Source: Anthoceros angustus (lineage: Eukaryota; Plantae; Anthocerotophyta). From it: a stretch of 8,395 nt of DNA. Location: assembly GCA_010909165.1 (NCBI GenBank), contig VJWM01000428.1, forward strand, positions 1-8,395, written 5' to 3'. Both the position numbers and the translations under genes were made by a program. Below are positions 1 to 7,623 of the stretch, piece by piece. The notes under the pieces are model-generated. The model was not told the origin of the DNA. It did not search any database and was given only the letters and a program-made list of their open reading frames with translations. How positions within the stretch are numbered: position 1 is the first letter of the stretch; each line of letters begins with the position of its first letter.

Positions 1-1
1 C

Positions 2-75
2 AACGCCCAACAATGGCACCCAATTAACGCCTAACAATGGCGCCAACGCCCGACAATGGCTGGCCATACAATGGC
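2..75. repeat. Short direct-repeat cluster AACGCCYRACAATGGC (3 copies plus one partial); may extend beyond the window start
   Basis: AACGCCCAACAATGGC 2-17, AACGCCTAACAATGGC 26-41, AACGCCCGACAATGGC 45-60, ACAATGGC 68-75. Confidence 0.8.
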
Positions 76-350
76 CTGCGAAGGTAAGCATGTACGAACA
101 TGTACCATCGGCGGCGCGCCTTGTGGGCATAGAGGTGGTACCGCTCACAATAAGAACACTAAAGAAAATGCTAAAGAGCGTGACGTACTAGTATTAGAGC
201 ACTAGCGGCCCTCTCAACTTTTTCCCTCTCCATGCCATGTGTGTAAATGGGATTAATGGAGTGGAGGCGAGTGGCACGCCTCCTGCTTGAATGGACGCTC
301 ATCATGCCCCCACAAAATAACCCCAATCAAATTTAAAATAGCCCTCCCCT

Positions 351-873
351 CACATTTTGAAGAAAAATGCTTTACAATAATCTGGGAATCACGTCATCAA
401 TCGGTAAATGGCCTCCTATCATATTTTTGTGATTAATAACAATAATAAAGAGTTTAAAAAATAAAGAACACATTTTGAGAAAATTACTTTACAACGTAAT
501 CTACAACAAGGAGCCATGTCATCAATCGTTGTAAATGGCCTCCTATCATATTTTTGTGATTAATAATAATAATAAAGAGTTAAACAAATAAAGAACACAT
601 TTTGAGAAAAATGTTTTACAACGTAATCTACAACAAGGGAGCCATGTCATCAATCTGTTGTAAATGGCCTCCAATCATATTTTTGTGATTAATAATAATA
701 ATAAAGAGTTTTGAAGAAATAAAGAACAAATTTTGAGAAAAGGCTTTTACAACGTAATCTACAACAAGGAGCCACGTCATCGCATGCTGTTGTAAATGGC
801 TTCCAATCATATTTTTGTGATTAATAATAATAACAAAGAGTTTTGAAGAAATAAAGAACAAATTTTGAGAAAA
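351..873. repeat. AT-rich tandem repeat, about 4.1 copies of a 118-132 bp unit
   Basis: Unit anchor CA(C/A)ATTTTGA recurs at 351, 469, 596, 727 and 859. Each full unit contains ...GTCATC...GTAAATGGC...ATCATATTTTTGTGATTAATAA...AAAGAGTT...AAATAAAGAAC. Confidence 0.95.
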
Positions 874-905
874 CACCACAATTAATTCGTCTTAGCTAAC
901 AAAGG

Positions 906-1687
906 TGTCTATCACGGCGCCAGTGGACCCACCCCACACCGCAACCGTCCTTACTCTAAGACACTCTTCTCCACAGGGAGCGCCCTCTTACTTGCGGTTG
1001 GGATTCGTCCCTTAGGCTCTGTGGGCCTTAGTTTTCCTACACTCTAATCCTCCTCACAACTCTCTCAATCAACAACGCCTCTTCTTCTCTACTCATCTAC
1101 CCTTCCTTCCTCCACAATCTCCTACTCTAACACCAATTGGCTCATTAATTCCAACTCGCCCTTACGGCACAACGCACAGGGGTCGTCCAGGAAGTGTGAG
1201 TTCTTCCTTGGGCGGTTGCTATGTGGTTTGCAGACAGCGAGAACCTCTGCAGTCTACCCTCAAGCCGAGAGTTCCTTGAGCATCGCCACACACTCAAAGC
1301 AAAACAATTCACACAACCATTCACAAGGCTAGCAGGCGCTGCAAAGAGCAAGCCCTCCACCCACTCCGGCCGCGTTCTCCCTCTCTACGACTGCGTTGGC
1401 TTTGCGGCCGCGAAATTCCACACACAAAGTGAAGGACTCGGGAGGATGGGAGCGCAAGACACGATAATTTTACTTCACAAGCTCCCTCCTTTTATAGGGA
1501 GGTCCTCACATACCTCCCTGGCGCGCCCTCCAGCCTCACTCCTTATTTTAGTGTATCCTATTGTCGACTTTAAGTTCGACATCCAAGCATCTTGGGTAAA
1601 ATTCTATTCTAGCAAATTCACCTATGTGAGCCTTAATGGCTCTGTCAACATTCCTATCTAGCTAGTCAACACACTCTCTGGGTGACA
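906..1687 (-). repeat. Putative 3' LTR (about 780 bp) of the minus-strand element
   Basis: Bounded by TGTC (906-909) and GACA (1684-1687). On the minus strand it starts TGTCACC shortly after a purine tract and contains CCCTATAAAAGG about 190 bp in, followed by GT-rich R/U5-like sequence. The partner LTR is not in the window; alternative boundaries are 924 and 1691. Confidence 0.6.
1490..1496 (-). promoter_or_regulatory. TATA box of the putative LTR
   Basis: Minus strand reads CCC-TATAAAA-GGAGGG, at a U3-like position. Confidence 0.55.
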
Positions 1688-1697
1688 AGCATTAATG

Positions 1698-1707
1698 CTC
1701 CTCCTCT
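1698..1707 (-). other. Putative polypurine tract (PPT)
   Basis: Minus strand AGAGGAGGAG lies 10 nt upstream of TGTCACC and about 130 nt downstream of the additional-ORF stop. Confidence 0.55.
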
Positions 1708-2046
1708 AAAGAAAAGTCTTCCCAAGTGGCATCTTGCCCCATGTCTTCAAGCTAATTTAAGGACTTCTTATGAATCCCTTCCTTATCTTGATGCCTATCT
1801 TGAGTTCCTTCCTCCAATAAAATAGCCCGGGCTCTCTTAGCCAGGCTCATCCTCGCCTTCTCCTCTTCCTCTCACTTGTGGAGCAAGTGAGCTCCCTGCA
1901 CCCATGTTAGGAGGTTGGTCTTCTCCTTGTGATTCTTGCTCCATTCGCAAGATCAACCCCTCTTCCTTCTTTCCCGCAAGGGCCAAGGTACTCGCCTCCC
2001 TTGCCAAATCCATGCTAGCAGCCTTTGAATCCGGCTTCTTCCGGCC

Positions 2047-2131
2047 TCCTACCATGGTAGGACCTTCTCCTACCACGGTAGGAGTCCCTACCACGGTAGG
2101 AACTCCTCCTACCACGGTAGGAGTTCCTACC
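2047..2131. repeat. Palindrome array A: TCCTACCAYGGTAGGA x4 plus a half copy
   Basis: Copies start at 2047 (perfect 16-bp palindrome TCCTACCATGGTAGGA), 2068, 2086 and 2107, with a half copy at 2125. Spacings are 21, 18, 21, 18. Confidence 0.95.
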
Positions 2132-3390
2132 GGTCGTTTCTTCTTCCTTACCCCTTCCGGGTGATTCTCCACTGCAGCCCCCGCTCACTTGCTTCTCCTG
2201 TGCAAGTTTCTTCACCCTGTTGCTTGGGACACTCTCCAAGTCTAAGGCTTCCGGTTGGACTTGCATGAGGGCCTCCCTATCATCGTCATGAGGTCCCAAC
2301 ATCCTCCTCTCAGAAGTCGCAACAACTCGTTAGTGGCCTTGAGCACCTTGTTGTGAAGATGGGCTGCAAATCGTTGTTGTGCCATCTCCAATTCGTAATC
2401 CTCAAGCCATACTCCATGCTCACACTTGCTTTTGTAAGCATCTCGCTCCAAGGCCAGCTCACCGGTCTTGACATGGAGAGCCACATTCTCCGTCCTCTCA
2501 TTCAGCTTGGCGGATCAATCTCTTGTAGGGCATAATCACCCGAAATCTCGCCTCCCTCACCGCCAACATATGCTGCACCATCATGACGGCCTTTCTCCTT
2601 TGCCATTTCTTCCTCCAACTCCCCTATCCTCCTAGGGAGTTGTGCATCTCCGTTCTGGACTTCTCGTTCCATTTCCAATCTTTGGACAAAATGTGTCCGT
2701 TCTTCCAGCTCTTCTTCCTTCAATTCCAGCCTCCGGATTTCTCCCTCCTTTTCCATGTCACTAATCTTCACTGTGGCTATGACCCGCTCATGTGCGCCTA
2801 CTTGCCTTTGTGCTGTCCTCATTTCGCAGAGATTGCTCTCGCCTTGACCTCTCCTCCATTAGCAGCACTTGCTTGTCTTCTGCCTTCTTTTCCCATGTGC
2901 GCACCATGTGAGCAAGTTGCTCCACCTTCTCCTCTCGAGCTGCCAATTGCTTGGTAAGAGCCTTGTTCTCCGAATATGGTTTGTTTGCCTTGCCTCAAGA
3001 CTCTTTCCAAGTGCTCCACTTGAGCTTCCATCCTCATAACATCCTCCCGCTGGGTTTCCGCCGCCTACCCGCAATTTCCCTTGCTTGGTAGGTCCTTGTC
3101 TTCCGCCTCCTTCAAGAATTCAACTCTCCTCTTGGCGGCTCCTATGTCTACCTTGAACATCTCCCTATGCAGCATCTCCTCCAACATGTCTAAGTCTCCT
3201 TTCTTACCTCCGGAGACTCAAGGCCTTTGCCTTGCTCATGGGATCTTACATCCCTTGCTTCCCTATGATGAGCTCCCGCTCATCACTCGCAAGCAACTCC
3301 TCCCACCGTGACTCCATCCGCCGCCCACCTACGGGCCGGTTGCCTTCTTATCTCCCTCTTGGGAGCTTCCAAACCGTGACTTCCTTTCCC

Positions 3391-3553
3391 TCCTACCGTG
3401 GTAGGAGGTGCTCCTACCACCGTAGGACTACTTCCTACCGTGGTAGGACTAATTCCTGCCACCGTAGGTCTTGTCATGAGAGGACGAAAGGGGTCCCAAA
3501 CCACTGTGGGAACACCTCCCACCCTCGCAGGCGGGATTCCTGCCATGGTAGGA
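3391..3553. repeat. Palindrome array B: same motif at a 21-bp period
   Basis: Copies at 3391, 3412, 3433 and 3454; degenerate copies at about 3496 and 3517; TCCTGCCATGGTAGGA at 3538. Confidence 0.9.
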
Positions 3554-5049
3554 TCTATCCTACCTTCCATCTCCGCATCCTCTGCGGTCCAAACTTCAAA
3601 TCCCCCTACAACTTCTCCTTGCAAGTCCTCCTGCACATCCTCTGGCCTATCTTTTGGAGGGATTCCTTCCAGCAACAATGTCCCAGGTGGTGCTGCTAGT
3701 ACCTCCTTTAGCTGCAAAGCGCCAAGCAATCCCTGTCCCTCTCCCGGCTATAGGTGTACAACGTTAAAGGGATGCTTGGAATCATCCAACTCCTTACTTG
3801 TGAGCAGCCCCTCTACTTCCCACAAATGCACTAGATAGGTGCTAAGATAGCATGGGACTGTCTTCATCCGACGCGTTGGGTTTGAACTTCTCCGTGGTAG
3901 GTGTATGCTTCATACATGATGAGCCCCAATCCGCTCCTTGAGTGATCTTCCATAGAAAATGGAGGAAGGTAGTGCTGAAATATGACACCCTTGGATTGCT
4001 CACCAAGCCCAAAACAATTCTTGTGAACAATCTCCACTTGGGCTCCAAGATTTGGTCCGTCGCCAACCGTTAGACTTAGCCTTCATGCCCCTTGCATAAG
4101 TGTAAGGGCTCCCTTGGGAAGATCCGCCGTTGATGCACGCTTGCCTCCACTCGTTCCTTCCATCAACGTGATTCCGCTATCCTCGCTATCCTACCGCCAT
4201 ATACCGCGTATGCTCCTTATCCAACACCGTGGATCCGTCTGTTTCTATCCGGCAATTCCTCTTCCTCTGCCGTGCAAATTAGCAAAACACTCTTCTATCA
4301 ATTCAAGGTTGGTGTAAGACCCGCCCATACACCCACTCTAGCTGAATATTCTCCTCTGCCCAAGGTCGAAAGTCCGAAAGGTCTCTAGAGGATAGGCCCG
4401 CATAGCACGTAATAAGGGCATGTCAAATTTCCACCCTCCGGTCTCGATCCTCCGCCTTAGACCTCTTGCCTCGCGCCACCTCCCTTGGTGGACGCTCCTT
4501 CCGCTACTACCTCCTTGCCCTTGGTCATGGTAGGCTTGGTCATGGCCTCCTTGGTTAGTACTTGCACGAAATTGAAGAAAAGTGATGCCTCCTGCACCCG
4601 CAGCCCCGCCGACTTCTTATCCTTGCAAACGCGTTTCTCCTCCTCGATTTGCTCTTGCCCTTGCCTTGCCTCCTCCTCAGCCTTACACCTTGGCGCCCAA
4701 AACCCCGATTTCCCTGCAAGAGAAAGCTCAACAAAATTCCCCACGGACTCTTACACCGCCAGCAATTTAGGAGCCCTTCACGGTTTCCTAGCAATCTTGC
4801 CACGCTCCACCCTCCTAGGCACCCTCACGAGCTTGGCAAGTGTTGCGCCCAACCTTCTTCTCCCTTCTCTTCTTCCTTTTCCTCCTTCTTCCTCTCTCTG
4901 GATTTCCGCCTCCTTTGAGCTTGCGCCTCCTTCTCCTCCTCAACAAAGGTATGCGGGCGGTGCTGTATGGGGCCTTGGGCAGCTTGAGGTGTGGCGGCGC
5001 CTTCGGAGGCCGTCTCTTTCGAGTTGTGGCCTCCTGCACCGCAGCCCAC

Positions 5050-5120
5050 TTTTATAAGTCACCCAAGGGTTAGAAAAGTAACTACCATTCTATCCTGCCC
5101 TTGGATGTGTGCCACGTGGC
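5050..5120 (-). promoter_or_regulatory. Candidate internal promoter for the additional ORF: TATA box and palindromic G-box
   Basis: Minus-strand CT-TATAAAA-G at 5050-5056, perfect GCCACGTGGC at 5111-5120 about 55 bp upstream of it, and an AT-rich tract at 5140-5280. A purine-rich leader follows toward ATG 4543. Confidence 0.5.
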
Positions 5121-5306
5121 CCCTTTCTCACCATTGATGTTAGTTTCCTAATTCCTTATACTAAAATACCATTTCCCTATTTTCTAATTTCTAATTACTG
5201 AAAATTAGCCTCTAATTTCTTAATTACCTATTTTGGCCTATTTATCTAGTCCACTAAAAGACTCTATATATAGCAAGCCTATCCTGCCTAAAACATAAGC
5301 TACCTT

Positions 5307-5555
5307 TCCTACCATCTCCCACCGTAGGACATCCTCCTACCATGGTAGGCGCTCCCTTTCTCCTACCACGGTAGGAGTTACTCCCACGGCGGTAGGATAC
5401 CTTCCTACCCTCTCCTACCATGGTAGGAGAATTCCTACACCGTAGGTGATCAAAACACTAGCAGGTCATTCTCCCACGGTGGTAGGATCTCCTACCCTCG
5501 CTCACCATGGTAGGAGTTTCTCCTACGGTGGTACACCTCCTACCACTCATGTAGG
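5307..5555. repeat. Palindrome array C: same motif in apparently non-coding spacer, irregular spacing
   Basis: Full or near-full copies at 5335, 5361, 5382, 5411-5430 (perfect 20-bp TCTCCTACCATGGTAGGAGA), 5433, 5472, about 5500, 5521 and 5538; half sites at 5307, 5318, 5403 and 5490. Confidence 0.92.
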
Positions 5556-5797
5556 TTACCTTTCTCCTCACCAGGTCGTTTTGACCCGCTTTTCTGCATA
5601 TCCTCGCCTTCCCGACATGGTCCTACAACTCCCGCTCAAAAGGAGCAAAAATTTCCTTGCATGTCTTCACCAAACCATTTCTAGCAAAAGAGTGGGCCTG
5701 TTCCAAAGCAACCTCATTTAAGCTTGTTGCCCAAACTTTTAGTTCCCCACAACGCCATCCTCCGAAAGTGAACTCATCCTTGTATTCCATCTTGTTT

Positions 5798-6045
5798 TGT
5801 AAGGGTATTAAAGCCCAATGTACTTAGACTAATATGCTTAGTCTAAGTTAGGTGTCGATTAAGTATCATTAGTTTGAAGCTAATCACTAGGAAGCTTCTG
5901 CAGCCTTCCTAGGGGCTTTGTGGAGCTTCCTAGGGAGCCACCGAGGGTATAAATACCCTCCAGCCTCATCTAAATGTGAGTTAGAGTTACACTTGCCTCC
6001 TCCTCTCCTCTCCTCTTCCACCCTCACACGCCACACGATCCTTCA
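5798..6045 (+). repeat. 5' LTR of the copia element (248 bp)
   Basis: Starts TGTAAGG and ends CCTTCA (imperfect terminal inverted repeat), 2 nt before the PBS. Contains TATAAATA and a CT-rich tract. The left boundary is inferred without the second LTR. Confidence 0.75.
5948..5955 (+). promoter_or_regulatory. TATA box of the copia LTR
   Basis: TATAAATA at 5948-5955, followed by a pyrimidine-rich tract at about 5990-6025. Confidence 0.7.
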
Positions 6046-6047
6046 AC

Positions 6048-6059
6048 CGGTATCCGAGC
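6048..6059 (+). other. Primer-binding site, tRNA-iMet type
   Basis: CGGTATCCGAGC matches the canonical plant TGGTATCAGAGC at 10 of 12 positions, just after the LTR-terminal CA. Confidence 0.8.
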
Positions 6060-6094
6060 TCGGTTTGGTTGTGTTGTGATGCTAGAAGTTTCTA

Positions 6095-6715
6095 GGCAGC
6101 GGCGGCTGTGGAATGCAGGTGATCCATATCGAGGCGAGGCTGCGAGCGCCGGCGCGATGGGGGACGAGGCCATGAGCGGGATGAGGCCGCGGGCGAGGCC
6201 GAGCACGGCGCAGCAGCCGCTTCGCCGCGACCGGCAAGGCTCAGGCCACGGAGGGTCGTGGCGGCGAGGCTGCGCGAGCCGCGGCACGGGCCGTGGGTGC
6301 GGGCGCGCGCGCGCAGTGCCGCGGGGCGCGGCCGGGTGTGGTCATGGAGTGTCAGCGGCAGAGCGCGGCCAGGTGCGGCGGTGTGGCGCGTGCGTGGCGG
6401 CAGGGCGGGCGGTACAGGGCTGTGGCGGGCAGGCGGGCGCGGTATGCAGGGCTGTGGCGGGCAGGCGGGCGGCAGGTGGCGGGCGGTGCGGCGGGTGCGG
6501 GCTGCGGGCGTGCGGCGGTGGGCGGGCGGCGGCGGTGGCGGTGCGCTGGGCGGCAGCGTGGCTGCGGCGGGCAGGCGCGTGGCTTTGCGGTGGCGGTTGC
6601 AAGCGCTGGCGGCGGCTGCGGCGGTAAGTAAGCGGTGCGGGGCGGCGCGTGCGAGGGCCGTGCCACATGGCGGGGCAGGCGGGTGCAGGAGCGATGGGCG
6701 TGGCGTGGCCGGTCA
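6095..6715 (+). repeat. G-skewed, very GC-rich low-complexity 5' leader of the copia element
   Basis: Built from GGCGG/GCGGG/GTGGC words, with an exact 25-bp direct repeat CAGGGCTGTGGCGGGCAGGCGGGCG at 6415-6439 and 6447-6471. Confidence 0.85.
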
Positions 6716-6894
6716 GCTAAGCAGTGTCGCATCCCAACCCGTGGCTAGCATCGAGCGCATGAGGTCGGCGAGAAAATCCAAATATTCGCGGAATACTCGT
6801 GGAATACCAACAAAAATACACAGCCGCAGGATCGCTTTCTTTCTTTGACTTTTCGATAGCGCGATAGTGTTTGTCATATCGATTTTTGAGTCAG

Positions 6895-7622
6895 ATGTTT
6901 CATCGCCGAAAACGCCATGTTAATATATCGGTAGTTAGATGGTACTAACTTCCTTGGAAAGAACAAGTGTACAATGTTCTAGTGAAGAAAAAGCGATCAA
7001 GCCCATAAGTAGAAGGCCAAACCGAGATAGTATGACAGGATGAGTGGCAGGACTTGGATGAGCTTGCTAGATCTACTATCATGCTAACATTGTCAAAAAG
7101 CAGTGTACTTCAATGTGAAAGATAAAACCACAAGTTACTGAATCGGTGCGTAGCTGACCTACATGTATGAGAAGCAAAGTGCGCTTCTCAAGTGTATTGG
7201 TTGAAATGAATTAGTGGACTTGAAGATGAAGGAAGGGACAAGGATGTCCAATCATCCGAATGATTTCAATACCATTTCGCCAGCCTCCTCATCTCAAGGT
7301 ATCACATTCCCAGATTTTCGTGAGAGCTATGTTTTGGTTGGTCACATTACTACCAGAGAGTTGGGACACTTTCGTGACAAAGTACTCCGCCTCGCTAGTG
7401 GCCTTACCATTGTAAATGTAGCAGCCTGCTAATTGAGGAGGTGAACAGGAAAAATATGGAACCTTCCAAAGGTTCCAGTGCCCTCATAGTGAGAGGGAGG
7501 TCCGCTAAGGGGAAGCAACCGACGGAAGCTTTTCTCGTAGTAAACTGCGTAGTCGTCAAGAATGTGGAGTGTCACTATTGTCACAAAAGGGGCTCACTTC
7601 AAAAGAGAGCGAGAAGTTCAAA
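6895..7622 (+). pseudogene. gag: Copia Gag (UBN2/Retrotran_gag_2-type, Tnt1/Tork-like) with CCHC zinc knuckle, frameshifted
   Basis: DEWQDLDELARSTIMLTLS (from 7039), YMYEKQSA, LVDLKMKEGTRMSNH.NDFNTI, TLPESWDTFVT, EEVNRKN..SSALIVRGRS, and VECHYCHKRG/HFKRE (7564-7610). Multiple indels and stops; the start position is approximate. Confidence 0.92.
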
Positions 7623-7623
7623 A

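Larger units (their letters stand above)
1837..4543 (-). pseudogene. Decayed retrotransposon additional ORF (env-position), about 900 codons: N-terminal globular domain, PTVVG-repeat linker, long coiled coil, second PTVVG-repeat tail
   Basis: Minus-strand fragments tile one protein across frameshifts and stops: MTKPTMTKGKEVVAEG (ATG 4543); WKFDMPLLRAMRAYPLETF (about 4350-4435); EPKWRLFTRIVLGLVSNPRVSYFSTTFLHFLW..DWG/LIMYEAY (3900-4066); KTVPCYLSTYLVHLWEVEGLLTSKELDD (3781-3864), which is in frame with ORF 3283-3729 across one TAG at 3748-3750; E/K/R/L-rich helical segments (2242-3200); final TAA at 1837-1839. The true start is uncertain. Confidence 0.75.
906..5797 (-). mobile_element. 3' portion of a degenerate LTR retrotransposon carrying an additional ORF; probably non-chromovirus Ty3/gypsy (Athila/Tat-like); interrupted at 5798 by a copia element
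   Basis: Minus-strand order: non-coding repeat-rich spacer, long decayed ORF, short 3' UTR, polypurine tract, TGTC...GACA-bounded segment with a TATA box. A long extra ORF just before the PPT/3' LTR is the known Athila/Tat-type layout. No gag/pol of this element is visible, so the superfamily is inferred. Confidence 0.65.

Noticed and set aside
179-282. Helitron 3' end (CTAG at about 188 and 201; hairpin GGAGGCG...CGCCTCC at about 263-283)
   Set aside because: The hairpin is not positioned about 10-15 nt upstream of a CTRR on either strand.
628-879. 83-aa ORF with an internal duplication
   Set aside because: It is a translation of two tandem-repeat units.
1145-1661. ORFs 1221-1661 (+) and 1145-1360 (-)
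   Set aside because: They lie within the LTR-like segment and show no protein-like motifs.
4691-4700. TGGCGCCCAA as a tRNA-Lys PBS
   Set aside because: Short match, not directly preceded by an LTR end, and opposite to the orientation of the surrounding element.
1904-5073. Plus-strand Ser/Pro/Leu/Phe-rich ORFs (e.g. 2583-2957, 3398-3838, 4485-5057)
   Set aside because: They are antisense shadows of the purine-rich minus-strand ORF and leader, with no recognisable domains.
2047-5555. Palindromic repeat arrays as a CRISPR array
   Set aside because: Spacers are only a few nucleotides, repeats are 14-20 bp and degenerate, there are no cas genes, and the context is a plant retrotransposon.
5446-5721. 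91-aa plus-strand ORF
   Set aside because: Partly a translation of palindrome array C, with a GTG start and no domain signal.
6024-6848. Six overlapping Arg/Gly/Ala/Pro-rich ORFs
   Set aside because: Stop codons are scarce in very GC-rich low-complexity DNA, and the region is the leader between PBS and gag.
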